In this document: positions 7,635 to 18,200 of the stretch, piece by piece
How the letters are laid out: each line of letters starts with the position of its first letter
Position numbering within the stretch: position 1 is the stretch's first letter
From: Verrucomicrobiota bacterium
GTDB lineage: Bacteria > Verrucomicrobiota > Verrucomicrobiia > Chthoniobacterales > UBA6821
DNA length: 24,984 nt
NCBI GenBank assembly: GCA_008932965.1
Contig: WBXG01000024.1
Location: 1 to 24,984 of the forward strand
Direction: 5' to 3'
Notes under the pieces: generated by a model
What the model was told of the DNA's origin: nothing
The model's input: only the letters and a program-made list of their open reading frames with translations
The model's database searches: none
Program-made: the position numbers and the translations under genes

Positions 7635-8187
7635 TACCTACCTTGAAATTGCAAAATTATTCTCCGCTCTCTCGCTTTCTGCTTTTGGAGGTGGCAATAC
7701 CGTTCTTCCAAGCATGCATATGGCTGCGGTTTCTCAGTATCACTGGATGAGCAATCAGCAATTTTTAGATCTTTTTAGTATTAGTAAAGCAGCTCCTGGT
7801 CCTTCTACTTTAATTGTTGAATTAATAGCCTTGAAGGCCACAGGGTTTCCGCAAGGCTCCCATTTCTTATTTCTTTCAGCCGTTATCGGTGCCGTTATTT
7901 CTATTCTTGCGATGTTTGTCCCAAGTTCTATTTTACTTCTTATCGTTTCTAGTTTTTGGGAAAAGATTCTTGGGAGTCCCTGGCAACGCACCATTGAAAA
8001 GGCTCTCATGCCAATGACCACAGGACTTATTTTGGCATCAACGTGGATTGTGGCAAAGACCGCCATTAGTGGATGGGTAACCGGAATCATAGGGGTGATT
8101 TCCCTTGTGATTATTCTAAAAACAAAAATAAATCCAATACTGATTATGCTCGTGGCAGCCCTGTTAAGCAGAATCCTTTTAAAATAG
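7627..8187 (+). CDS. chrA: Chromate ion transporter (CHR) family, short-chain subunit 2
   Basis: FGGGNTVLPSMHMAAVSQYHWMSNQQFLDLFSISKAAPGPS is a second CHR-domain signature. It overlaps the upstream half by 8 nt (ATGGATGA), consistent with translational coupling. Confidence 0.85.
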   Translation: MDDTYLEIAKLFSALSLSAFGGGNTVLPSMHMAAVSQYHWMSNQQFLDLFSISKAAPGPSTLIVELIALKATGFPQGSHFLFLSAVIGAVISILAMFVPSSILLLIVSSFWEKILGSPWQRTIEKALMPMTTGLILASTWIVAKTAISGWVTGIIGVISLVIILKTKINPILIMLVAALLSRILLK

Positions 8188-8262
8188 GTGAGAGCATTAA
8201 AAACAATTCTAAAAAAAATCTCCTGCTATCTGCTGCATGAGATTTGGCCTTTGCCGCTCTCT

Positions 8263-8697
8263 CTAGAGGTGAGGGGAGTGTTTTTTGAATTCATCCCTAA
8301 TTTCAGTAAGCAAGAGCTCTGTTTTTGTTGGCGCAGTTGCAAAGGGCGTAGCTGCATTTTTTTTAAGTATATTGATCACTTTCACCACTGCAAAGATTAC
8401 AAAAGCAATTAAAATAAATTGAAGGCTATCAGCAATAAAGTTTCCATAATTAATGACAGGGATACCGGCTTTTTGAGCTGCTCCTAAGCTTGCGTAATGA
8501 TTTCCATCTAGTGGGAGGAAAAAATCCTTAAATCTGATTTGATTCATCAAGAGGCCAATAGGTGGCATAATAATATCGTTGACCAAGGAATTAACAATCT
8601 TCCCAAAAGTTGCACCAATAAGTACACCAATTGCCACATCATGGACATTTCCACGAGAAATAAATTCTTTAAATTCATTGAGTATACGAGACGGCAT
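8263..8697 (-). CDS. mscL: Large-conductance mechanosensitive channel
   Basis: FKEFISRGNVHDVAIGVLIGATFGKIVNSLVNDIIMPPIG is the MscL N-terminal/TM1 signature. The track ORF begins at 8760, but the internal ATG at 8697 (MPSRILNEFKEF...) gives the canonical 144-aa MscL. Confidence 0.88.
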   Translation of the reverse strand: MPSRILNEFKEFISRGNVHDVAIGVLIGATFGKIVNSLVNDIIMPPIGLLMNQIRFKDFFLPLDGNHYASLGAAQKAGIPVINYGNFIADSLQFILIAFVIFAVVKVINILKKNAATPFATAPTKTELLLTEIRDEFKKHSPHL

Positions 8698-8753
8698 TAA
8701 ATGTTGATGAGCGATAACGAAAAGAAATTCAAGATTTTTTTTAAAAAAAGAGC

Positions 8754-8782
8754 TTGCCATTACAGGAATAGTGAAGCAGAAT
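8754..8782 (+). promoter_or_regulatory. Candidate sigma70-type promoter for the rplK operon
   Basis: TTGCCA (8754-8759), 17-nt spacer, CAGAAT (8777-8782), preceded by an A/T tract (8731-8750) that could act as an UP element. Pattern match only. Confidence 0.3.
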
Positions 8783-8846
8783 CACCATCCTTTTCGTCAG
8801 ATCGAGACGAATCTTCACGTTACTCTTATTACGAACCTCACGTTTC

Positions 8847-9272
8847 ATGGCTAAAGAAATTGTTGCTAAAATTAAATTACAGATTCCAGCTGGAGCTGCT
8901 AATCCAGCGCCTCCTGTTGGTCCCGCGCTGGGACAGCAAGGAGTGAATATTATGGCCTTCTGCAAAGAGTTTAATGCAGTAACACAAAAACAAGCAGGTG
9001 ATATCTTGCCGGTAGTCATCACCGTCTACAAAGACAAAAGTTTTACCTTCATCACCAAGTCTCCGCCGGCTGGCATTTTGCTTAAAAAAGCAGCTGGTAT
9101 TGCTTCAGGCTCTAAGGAAGCTAACAAAACAAAGGTTGGAAAATTAACAAAAAGCCAGGTTATGGAAATTGTTAAAATAAAAATTGGTGACATGAATGCT
9201 AATTCCCCTGAAGCAGCATTTCGCACTCTTTGTGGAACTGCCCGACAAATGGGAATTGAAATTGAATCTTAA
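8847..9272 (+). CDS. rplK: 50S ribosomal protein L11
   Basis: [35 protein letters not shown] is the canonical L11 N-terminal domain. Length is 141 aa. Confidence 0.97.
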   Translation: MAKEIVAKIKLQIPAGAANPAPPVGPALGQQGVNIMAFCKEFNAVTQKQAGDILPVVITVYKDKSFTFITKSPPAGILLKKAAGIASGSKEANKTKVGKLTKSQVMEIVKIKIGDMNANSPEAAFRTLCGTARQMGIEIES

Positions 9273-9357
9273 ACTAATAAGGCCTCAATAATTGATAATA
9301 ACTTTACAATTTAGAACAACAGCAGGAGATCATAGCATCGTTTGAACTGCATCTATC

Positions 9358-10086
9358 ATGATTAAAAAACATTCCTCTCAAAAAAATAAACAAAGCAAGC
9401 GCTACCGTGCTGCTGCGGCGCTTGTAGATTCAGGCAAAAAATATCAGCTTCCTGATGCCTTGGCTCTTTTGAAGTCGATGCCCGAAACAAAATTTAATCA
9501 AACAGTAACCCTTTCCATGCGACTGGGAGTTGATCCAAAACAAAGCGATCAAATGGTTCGTGGTACGTCGCCTCTTCCTCATGGGAGTGGTAAAAATGTT
9601 CGAGTCCTCGTTTTTGCATCTGGTGCTGCTGCCGCTTCAGCTCTCGAAGCTGGGGCAGAGTATGTCGGCTATGAAGAAATGATCAAGAAATGCCAAGAGG
9701 GTTTTTCAGATTTTGATGTTGCTATTGCAACCCCTGCTGCAATGACAGAGGTCAGGAAATTAGGAAAGGTCCTCGGGCCGCGGGGACTCATGCCGAATCC
9801 TAAAACAGGAACCGTCAGCGACGACACTGCTCAAGCTGTACGTGAAGTTAAAGCAGGACGCATTGAATTCAAATTGGATAAAAATGGAAACATAGCGATG
9901 CCGGTTGGCAAATTCTCCTTTACAAAAGAAGAATTATTGGCTAATGCCAAAACAGTCATTGAAGCTGTTATTAAAGCCCGCCCAGCCACCGCTAAAGGAT
10001 CTTTTGTAGAAACAATCACGTTGGCAGCCACGATGCTCCCCGGCATTAAAGTTGATGCAGCTCCCTTTCTTAAACAAGCACGCTAA
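9358..10086 (+). CDS. rplA: 50S ribosomal protein L1
   Basis: KRYRAAAALVD..KKYQLPDALALLK, VRGTSPLPHGSGK and LGPRGLMPNPKTGTV are typical of L1. Length is 242 aa. Confidence 0.96.
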   Translation: MIKKHSSQKNKQSKRYRAAAALVDSGKKYQLPDALALLKSMPETKFNQTVTLSMRLGVDPKQSDQMVRGTSPLPHGSGKNVRVLVFASGAAAASALEAGAEYVGYEEMIKKCQEGFSDFDVAIATPAAMTEVRKLGKVLGPRGLMPNPKTGTVSDDTAQAVREVKAGRIEFKLDKNGNIAMPVGKFSFTKEELLANAKTVIEAVIKARPATAKGSFVETITLAATMLPGIKVDAAPFLKQAR

Positions 10087-10094
10087 TATCTATC

Positions 10095-10610
10095 ATGAGA
10101 CTCGAAAAATCTACAATTGTTGATGATGTTAAGTTGAAGCTCGATGCTTCACCGTTTGTCATTTTACTGGAGTATGGAGGGATGAGTGTTCCTCACTTTT
10201 CTGAACTTCGCAGCCGTCTAGCCACCGTTGGCTCTTTCTGTTCTGTTGTTAAAAATACCTTCCTGCGTCGTGCTCTTAATAATACCGGAACAACACTTCT
10301 TGATAGTTATCTCACTGGTCAAACAGCGATTGTCTCCGGAGAGCAAGATATTTGTGCAGCTGCAAAGGTTTTAAAAACCTTCCATGCCGAATTTCAAAAA
10401 CCTGTAGTACGAGCTGGGATTCTAGATAATGATTTTCTCTCCTTCGATCAGATCATGGTACTGGCATCTCTCCCTTCTAAAGAAGTATTACAATCTCAAT
10501 TACTCGGACTTCTATTGATGCCAGCAACAAAACTCGTCAGAACTCTCAATGAACCGGGAACCAGTCTTGCACGTCTTTTAGCAGCAAAGGCATCCCAAGA
10601 GGCGGCGTAA
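10095..10610 (+). CDS. rplJ: 50S ribosomal protein L10
   Basis: Position between rplA and rplL, 171 aa, with L10-like FVILLEYGGMSV..FSELRSRL and VVKNTFLRRAL segments. Confidence 0.9.
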   Translation: MRLEKSTIVDDVKLKLDASPFVILLEYGGMSVPHFSELRSRLATVGSFCSVVKNTFLRRALNNTGTTLLDSYLTGQTAIVSGEQDICAAAKVLKTFHAEFQKPVVRAGILDNDFLSFDQIMVLASLPSKEVLQSQLLGLLLMPATKLVRTLNEPGTSLARLLAAKASQEAA

Positions 10611-10744
10611 GATTTATTCTTATCACTGACTCGTTAACACTCATCATTTAAACCTTTCATCCGCTGTTTAAGCAGCACAACACTAACTTTCTCCCAACGT
10701 CTTAAGCTACGGTGGGTGATATTAAAATAACACGATATCTGTCG

Positions 10745-10762
10745 GTCTAGCAGCTGCTAGAC
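10745..10762. repeat. Perfect 18-nt palindrome GTCTAGCAGCTGCTAGAC in the rplJ-rplL spacer
   Basis: Read directly: GTCTAGCAG is followed by its exact reverse complement CTGCTAGAC. As RNA it would give a 7-bp stem with an AGCU loop. As DNA it could be a dimeric-protein operator. Confidence 0.9.
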
Positions 10763-10813
10763 TCAAATTCTCTGAGGCTTCAGGGTGCGACACTATCACA
10801 GTCCATACATACC

Positions 10814-11191
10814 ATGTCTGATAATCAAGCTATCGTAGATCAACTTAGTAACCTTACTGTTCTTCAAATTGCAGAACTTGTAAAAGCCCTTGAAGAAAAA
10901 TGGGGCGTTAGTGCTGCAGCTCCAGTAGCTGTTGCTGCTGTAGGTGGTGGCGCTGCTGCTGCTCCTGTTGAAGAAAAAACATCCTTTACAGTAATGCTAA
11001 CGGAAGTAGGAAGCAATAAGATTGGGGTTATCAAAGAGGTTCGTGCAGCTGTCTCTGGATTAGGTCTTGCTGAAGCAAAAGCTCTTGTTGAGAGCGCTCC
11101 AAAAGCAGTTAAAGAAGGAGCAACTAAAGAAGAGGCAGAAGAGATTAAGAAAAAAATTGAAGCTGCTGGAGCTAAAGTGGAAATCAAATAA
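10814..11191 (+). CDS. rplL: 50S ribosomal protein L7/L12
   Basis: N-terminal dimerisation helix, Ala/Gly/Pro hinge ([21 protein letters not shown]) and C-terminal domain [25 protein letters not shown]. Length is 125 aa. Confidence 0.97.
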   Translation: MSDNQAIVDQLSNLTVLQIAELVKALEEKWGVSAAAPVAVAAVGGGAAAAPVEEKTSFTVMLTEVGSNKIGVIKEVRAAVSGLGLAEAKALVESAPKAVKEGATKEEAEEIKKKIEAAGAKVEIK

Positions 11192-11211
11192 ATTTCCAAA
11201 GATATTCCGGG

Positions 11212-11261
11212 GACCTCATCAACTAGTGTTTGCAAAATAAAACTAGTAGAAAACTGAGGTC
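11212..11261 (+). promoter_or_regulatory. Two-stem hairpin in the rplL-rpoB spacer
   Basis: GACCTCA (11212-11218) pairs with TGAGGTC (11255-11261). ACTAGT (11222-11227) pairs with ACTAGT (11242-11247), leaving a 14-nt loop. Hand-folded. Confidence 0.35.
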
Positions 11262-11266
11262 ACGGA

Positions 11267-11299
11267 CATGTCGTGGAGAGCTTTGCTCTCTTTGACATG
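11267..11299 (+). promoter_or_regulatory. Hairpin in the rplL-rpoB spacer (attenuator or RNase III-site candidate)
   Basis: CATGTC-GTG-GAGAGC, TTT loop, GCTCTC-TTT-GACATG: two 6-bp stems separated by a 3x3 internal loop. There is no long U-run after the outer stem, so it is not a classical intrinsic terminator. Confidence 0.35.
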
Positions 11300-11354
11300 A
11301 CCAGTTCAACAAGAAGCCTGAAACTAACAATAACAACTAGCGACACATTGATCT

Positions 11355-14300
11355 ATGTCTGAACGCATCTATTTTGGAAAACTTAATGAGGCAATTAATC
11401 CGCCTAACTTAATTGAGTTACAAATTAAGTCATATGAAGAATTTTTTCAAAAAGGTGTCGATCCTTTAAAACGACGTAATGTTGGGCTTCAAGCTGTATT
11501 TAGGGAGTTTTTTCCTATCTATGGATTTGAAGAAAAATCACACTTGGACTTTGTTAGCTACCAGCTTGATGAGCCTAAAATAGGCCCCGTCGAATCGCAA
11601 GTAGAAGGCCTTACCTACAGTGCTCCTCTTTATGTGACCTTCCGATACAAAGATGAACGGGTCACTAAAGAAGAAAAAGTCTACATGGGAGAGATTCCTC
11701 TCATGACTCCACAAGGAACCTTCATTGTTAATGGTGCAGAACGAGTCGTTGTTAGCCAGTTGCACCGCTCCCCTGGTATAAGCTTTGAGACAGATGTCCA
11801 TCTCAATGGGAAACTTCTTCAAGGATTCCGTATCATTCCTGATCGTGGGTCATGGATTGAAATTCAGTTTGATACCAATGACCTTCTCTATGTCTATCTA
11901 GACCGACGGAAACGACGCCGCAAATTCCTTGCAACAACATTTCTTCGTGCTTTGGGTTATCCAACCGATGAAGAAATTGCTGGCCTCTTTTACAAAATAG
12001 AGAACCTCAAACTAACTTCAAAACTTGATGAAGAAGAAATCAGTACCAAGGTGCTGCTTCAAGATTATGTTGATGGTGAAACAGTAATTGCACGTGCTTA
12101 TGAGCCTCTCACGCTGGCTATGGTACGTGATTTAGTTCAAGCGAAAATCACGGTAGTCAATGTTGTTGATACTAAAGAAGACGATACAATAATAAAGTCA
12201 CTTAAAAGAGATCCGGCTCACGATGAAGATGAGGCCCTTAAGGAAATTTATCGTAAATTACGTCCTGGTGATCCACCGACAGCACAGAATGCAAGAGGGA
12301 TGTTAAAACGTCTTTTCTTTGATTCTAAACGATATGATATCGGACGCGTAGGTCGTCATAAAATTCAACAAAAACTAGGTCTGAAAACAGCTAATGAAAG
12401 TCGTCTTCTATGCAAAGAAGACATCGCTGAAGCTATTTCCTATCTCCTTAAACTACGTCGTGGTGAAGGGATGATTGATGATATCGATCATTTGGGAAGT
12501 CGCCGTGTGCGTACTGTTGGTGAGCTTCTAGCTAACCAATGCCGCGTCGGACTCTCTCGAACAGAACGGTTAGTACGCGAGCGCATGGCTCTCTATGACC
12601 CGGCACTTGATCATATTACACCACAAAAATTAATTAATCCAAAATCATTAAGTGCTGTAGTACGTGATTTCTTTGGTCGCTCTCAATTGAGCCAATTCAT
12701 GGATCAAACCAATCCTCTCTCTGAGTTAACGCACAAGCGCCGACTATCGGCTCTTGGACCAGGAGGATTAAGCCGCGACCGAGCTGGATTTGAAGTGCGT
12801 GACGTGCATCCATCCCATTACGGACGTATTTGTCCTATTGAAACACCAGAAGGCCCGAATATTGGACTTATCAGTTCCTTAAGCACCTTCGCACGGATAA
12901 ATGACTTTGGCTTTATTGAAACTCCCTACCGCAAAGTCAATAAAAATCAAGTTACAAATGACATTGTTTATCTCACTGGAGATCAGGACGAAAACTATTA
13001 TATTGCCCAAGCAAATTCCTTAATTGATGGAAAAGGAAAATTAATTGGAGATACTGTGCTAGCACGTTTTCGTGGCGATTCGCTTGGAGTAGAGCCGGAA
13101 AAAATTGAATACATGGATGTTTCTCCTAAGCAGCTTGTTTCTGTTGCAGCAGGACTCATCCCATTCCTAGAGCATGATGATGCTAACCGAGCATTGATGG
13201 GATCAAACATGCAACGTCAGGGTGTGCCACTATTAGTCTCAGAATCACCGATTATTGGTACTGGATTAGAAGGGCGGGTTGCTCGTGATTCTAAGGCCGT
13301 CATCCTTGCTGAAAACAACGGGAAAATCGCATCTGTTGATTCGCGTCGTATCATTGTTACGAAAAACGGTGAACTTCCAGAAGGGAAAAAGAAAATCAAA
13401 CATTCTCCAGAAACAGGAGTTTTTGTCTATGAACTCAGAAAGTTCATGAGATCCAATAGTAGCACCTGTATCAACCAGCGCCCTATTGTTAAAAAGGGAG
13501 AAAGCGTAAAGATCGGAGATGTTCTTGCTGATGGACCAAGTACTGAAAATGGGGAGTTGGCTCTCGGGCGCAATGTGCTTGTGGCATTCATGCCTTGGAA
13601 TGGTTATAACTTTGAAGATGCCATCATGATTTCGGAACGTGTTGTAAAGGAAGACATCTATACTTCCATTCACATCGATGAATTTGAAATTGGAGCACGT
13701 GATACAAAACTCGGACCTGAAGAAATTACACGCGATATCCCTAACGTGAGCGAGGAAGCTTTGAAAAATCTCCGCGTTGATGGTGTTATTCGAATTGGAG
13801 CAGAGGTAAAGCCTGGTGACATCCTTGTCGGCAAAATTACACCCAAGAGTGAAACGGAACTCGCTCCTGAAGAGCGTCTCTTGCGTGCGATTTTCGGAGA
13901 GAAAGCAGCTGATGTGCGTGATACATCACTTACTGTCCCCTCGGGAACATACGGTATCGTCATGGATGTACGTGTCTCTTCTAAAAAAGAGGTAGCAAAG
14001 CTTAAAATCACACCAGTAGAAGCAAAGCGTCAGCTTAAAATTATCCAAGAAGATTATAAAAAGAGAAAAGAAGAATTACATGAGCTTCTCACAGAGGCTC
14101 TATCCAATGTTCTCTTGGGCGAGAAGATTCCGCTTGATGTGGTTAACGGTGAAACAGGTGAAATCATCATTCCTGCTAATCGCAAGATTACCAAGATGCT
14201 GCTTAGAAAACTGGCTAGCGTTTATAACCACGTTGAAATTGATCCAAGCCCCATACGTAATAAGATACGAGAAATAATGGGACAGTTTGAGCATCGATTT

Positions 14301-15152
14301 GCTGACCTTCAAAATGAAAAAGACGAAAGTTTAGGACGAATCGAAAGTGGAGATGATGTCGATCCTGGAGTGATCAAACAGGTCAAAGTTTATATTGCCA
14401 GCAAGCGTAAGCTCAGTGTTGGAGATAAAATGGCTGGCCGACATGGTAACAAAGGTGTTGTTGCTAAAATAGTTCCTGAGGAAGATATGCCCTACCTTGC
14501 TGACGGGACACCAGTCGATATTGTTTTGAACCCGCTCGGTGTTCCTAGTCGTATGAACGTTGGCCAGGTTTTAGAAACACATCTTGGTATTGCTGCAAAA
14601 GCACTAGGATTCAAGGTGGCGACACCGGTATTTGATGGTATTTCAGAAGAGCGCATCCGTGAGTACCTCAAGGAAGCAGGAAAAAAAGAGGGCTTCTCAT
14701 GGATTCAAGAAAATGGAAAGTCAACTCTTTATAACGGTCTCACAGGTGAAGCATTTGATCAGCAAGTCGTTGTCGGAATCATCTACATGATGAAACTGGG
14801 GCATTTAGTTGCTGATAAAATCCATGCGCGAGCTGTTGGACCCTACTCTCTTGTTACACAACAACCACTTGGCGGTAAGGCGCAGTATGGTGGACAACGT
14901 TTTGGAGAAATGGAAGTATGGGCTCTACAAGCTTACGGTGCAGCCTATACGTTACAAGAGTTACTGACCGTCAAATCAGATGATGTTCAAGGTAGAACCC
15001 GTATTTATGAAAGTATCGTTAAAGGTGATAATTCTCTAGAAGCAGGAATTCCAGAATCCTTTAATGTTTTAATCAAAGAAATGCAGGGTCTTTGTTTGAA
15101 CGTTGCAGTTGGCCAAAAAGATCATTCCATGCCTCTTATTGAGTCAGTTTAG
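11355..15152 (+). CDS. rpoB: DNA-directed RNA polymerase subunit beta
   Basis: 1265-aa ORF with canonical RpoB blocks: [21 protein letters not shown], the rifampicin-region [39 protein letters not shown], and [12 protein letters not shown]. Confidence 0.99.
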   Translation: MSERIYFGKLNEAINPPNLIELQIKSYEEFFQKGVDPLKRRNVGLQAVFREFFPIYGFEEKSHLDFVSYQLDEPKIGPVESQVEGLTYSAPLYVTFRYKDERVTKEEKVYMGEIPLMTPQGTFIVNGAERVVVSQLHRSPGISFETDVHLNGKLLQGFRIIPDRGSWIEIQFDTNDLLYVYLDRRKRRRKFLATTFLRALGYPTDEEIAGLFYKIENLKLTSKLDEEEISTKVLLQDYVDGETVIARAYEPLTLAMVRDLVQAKITVVNVVDTKEDDTIIKSLKRDPAHDEDEALKEIYRKLRPGDPPTAQNARGMLKRLFFDSKRYDIGRVGRHKIQQKLGLKTANESRLLCKEDIAEAISYLLKLRRGEGMIDDIDHLGSRRVRTVGELLANQCRVGLSRTERLVRERMALYDPALDHITPQKLINPKSLSAVVRDFFGRSQLSQFMDQTNPLSELTHKRRLSALGPGGLSRDRAGFEVRDVHPSHYGRICPIETPEGPNIGLISSLSTFARINDFGFIETPYRKVNKNQVTNDIVYLTGDQDENYYIAQANSLIDGKGKLIGDTVLARFRGDSLGVEPEKIEYMDVSPKQLVSVAAGLIPFLEHDDANRALMGSNMQRQGVPLLVSESPIIGTGLEGRVARDSKAVILAENNGKIASVDSRRIIVTKNGELPEGKKKIKHSPETGVFVYELRKFMRSNSSTCINQRPIVKKGESVKIGDVLADGPSTENGELALGRNVLVAFMPWNGYNFEDAIMISERVVKEDIYTSIHIDEFEIGARDTKLGPEEITRDIPNVSEEALKNLRVDGVIRIGAEVKPGDILVGKITPKSETELAPEERLLRAIFGEKAADVRDTSLTVPSGTYGIVMDVRVSSKKEVAKLKITPVEAKRQLKIIQEDYKKRKEELHELLTEALSNVLLGEKIPLDVVNGETGEIIIPANRKITKMLLRKLASVYNHVEIDPSPIRNKIREIMGQFEHRFADLQNEKDESLGRIESGDDVDPGVIKQVKVYIASKRKLSVGDKMAGRHGNKGVVAKIVPEEDMPYLADGTPVDIVLNPLGVPSRMNVGQVLETHLGIAAKALGFKVATPVFDGISEERIREYLKEAGKKEGFSWIQENGKSTLYNGLTGEAFDQQVVVGIIYMMKLGHLVADKIHARAVGPYSLVTQQPLGGKAQYGGQRFGEMEVWALQAYGAAYTLQELLTVKSDDVQGRTRIYESIVKGDNSLEAGIPESFNVLIKEMQGLCLNVAVGQKDHSMPLIESV

Positions 15153-15246
15153 CACTATTTCGTTTTCACATTATCCTTAATTCATTTTAGAATCGACAGA
15201 ACACTCGCCAAACTATTGTTACGATAGAAACACTTATAAGCTAGCT

Positions 15247-18200
15247 ATGATTGAACAAGAAACAACTGACTTGCTGGGACATCCCTCTGATAATTCATTT
15301 GACCAGGTACAAATTACTGTTGCCTCTCCAGAGCTCATGCGTTCTTGGAGTCAAGGTGAAGTAAAAAATCCAGAAACAATCAACTATCGTACCTTCAAGC
15401 CTGAAAAGGGAGGTCTCTTTTGTGAGAGAATCTTTGGTCCAACACGAGATTGGGAATGCTCCTGTGGAAAATATAAGCGCATCAAGCATAAAAATGTTGT
15501 ATGTGATCGTTGTGGAGTAGAAGTCACCTTGAGTCGAGTACGTCGTGAACGTATGGGACATATTGATCTGGCGGTGCCTGTTTCTCATATTTGGTTTTAT
15601 AAGTGCATGCCATCACGCATTGGTCTGATGCTTGATATGACCGGCCGTCAGTTAGAGAGGATTATCTATTATGAAGATTATGTTGTTATTGATCCGGGTA
15701 AAACACCATTAGAAAAAGGGCAACTTCTAACTGAGAGCGAATTTCATGAAGCTGAAGATCAGTACGGAGAAGACTTTACTTTTAGCATGGGAGCAGAAGC
15801 TATTCAAAAGCTTCTCGAGTCCATGGATCTTAAAAAAGAGCAAACTGCTATTGAAAAGCAAATGACTCAAACTAAAAGCAAGCAAATCCGAAAAAAATTA
15901 GCAAAGCGGATGAAGCTTGTTCAAGGGTTCTTGAGTTCTAAAACACGTCCTGAATGGATGATACTTAATGTGCTTCCAGTCATCCCTCCTGACCTTCGTC
16001 CATTAGTACCACTTGAAGGGGGACGTTTTGCAACTTCTGATCTCAACGATCTCTATCGACGTGTGATTAACCGTAATAATCGTCTCAAAACATTATTACA
16101 GCTTAAAACACCAGAAGTTATTATTCGTAATGAGAAGCGTATGCTTCAAGAGGCGGTGGATGCAGTTTTCGATAATGGTCGTCATGGTCGTGCTGTGACT
16201 GGTGCTGCAAACAGGCCGTTGAAATCATTGAGTGACATGCTAAAAGGAAAAGGAGGCCGTTTCCGTCAAAATCTTCTTGGTAAACGAGTCGATTATTCTG
16301 GACGTTCCGTTATTGTGATCGGTCCTGAGTTAAAGCTCAATCAATGCGGACTTCCTAAAAAGATGGCCCTTGTTCTTTTTGAACCATTTATTATTCGCCG
16401 ACTTAAAGAGCTTGGGTATGTCCATACAGTACGTAGTGCTAAGAAACTCATCGAACGCCAAACTCCTGAAGTCTGGGATATTCTAGATGAGGTCACACGT
16501 GGGCATGCCATCATGCTCAACCGTGCCCCAACCTTGCACCGACTTTCGATTCAAGCTTTTGAGCCGATCTTAATTGAAGGAGAGGCTATTCGTATCCATC
16601 CCCTTGTTTGTACGGCTTATAATGCTGACTTTGATGGTGATCAAATGGCAGTGCATGTACCTTTGTCTGTTGAGGCTCAATTAGAAGCTCGCACGTTAAT
16701 GCTTGCTCCTAATAATATCTTTTCCCCATCAAGTGGTAAGCCGATTACTAACCCATCGCAGGATATTCCTCTTGGATGCTATTACCTTACTCAGTCTCCT
16801 CGAATTATACCAGGAGCTAAAGAAGTACGTCTTCCACTCTTTGCAGATGCAGCTCAAGTCGAGATGGCGTTAAGCGAGGGTTCTATCAAAATACATACAC
16901 GTATTCGTCTCCAAAATCCGGATCGTCACAAAGCTACCGTCTATGGGAATAGTGAGTTGTCAGTCATTGAGACGACAGCAGGACGTGTAGTCTTCAATGA
17001 AATTTGGCCCCATGAACTCGGTTTCTATAACAAGGTGGCAGGCAAGAAACAGCTAGGAGATATTATTTGGCGTTGTTATAGGGCTGTTGGTCAGCAGCGT
17101 ACTGTGGAAACATTAGATCGACTTAAAGAAGTTGGCTTCCGTGAAGTAACTCGTGCAGGAGCTTCTATTGGAATCAACGACATGATGATTCCTAAAGAAA
17201 AAGCAACGCTGATTGAAAGTGCTGAGAAGCAAATTGTCGAAGTTCAAAAGCAGTACCGCCGCGGTATCATTACTGATGGTGAGCGAAAAAACAAAGTACA
17301 GGATATATGGACTCATACTGGTGAGGAGATTGCTAACGCTCTTTTCCGTACGATTGAACATAACGATGGTCGTAAGGAAATGAATCCTCTCTTTATGATG
17401 GTTGACTCTGGGGCTCGTGGTAATCGAACCCAAATTAAGCAGCTTGCAGGAATGCGTGGTTTGATGGCAAAACCGAACGGAGAGATTATGGATCAGCCGA
17501 TCCTCTCTAACTTCCGCGAAGGTCTCTCAGTTCTCGAATACTTCATTTCCACACACGGCGCTCGTAAAGGTCTTGCAGATACAGCACTCAAAACTGCGGA
17601 TTCCGGTTACCTCACACGTAAACTTGTTGATGCTGCTCAGGATGTCATCATCACTGAAGATGATTGCGGTACAGTCAATGGAATTGTTGTCCATCCAATC
17701 TATGAGGGTGACGAAGAGGTTGTTAGCCTTGCGACTCGTATCATGGGAAGGGTGAGTTGTGAAACTGTAAAGGATCCCATCACTGGAAAAGCAGTGGTTA
17801 AGGTCAATCAGCTCATTGATGAAGATATAGCACTAGCACTCGCCAGAATTGGACATGAGCAGCTCAAAATTCGCTCAGTACTCACATGTGAAAGCAAACG
17901 CGGTGCCTGTGCCAAATGCTACGGAAGTAATTTAGCAACTGGAGACATGATCTCCCATGGAGAGGCTGTCGGTATCATTGCTGCACAGAGTATTGGTGAA
18001 CCTGGTACTCAGCTAACAATGCGTACTTTCCATGTTGGAGGAACTGCAAGTCAAACATTCAAACAGCCCATCATTAAATCCAAAAATGAAGGAACAATTC
18101 GTTTCAATGACATACGAACCGTTCAGGCATTAGATGGAACTTTTATTGTTCTCAGTAAAAATGGAACTATCGGTATCTATGGAAAAGATGGACGTGAACT

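Noticed and set aside
5648-8697. A tRNA-anchored genomic island comprising the PLD, CHR pair and mscL genes.
   Set aside because: No integrase, no mobility genes, and by eye no duplicated copy of the tRNA 3' half that would mark an att site. The tRNA 3' end also faces murI, not this block. My repeat search was visual and not exhaustive.
10864-11235. 123-aa antisense ORF covering rplL. Similar antisense or alternate-frame ORFs lie in rplK (8741-9022, 9026-9226), rplA (9831-10046), rpoB (11538-11822, 12998-14312) and rpoC (15295-15588, 17113-17433, 18349-18810, 19017-19265).
   Set aside because: All lie fully inside strongly supported conserved genes. Their translations are low-complexity mirror images (for example Ala/Ser/Thr runs opposite GCN-rich rplL) with no recognisable motifs. 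They are typical shadow ORFs.
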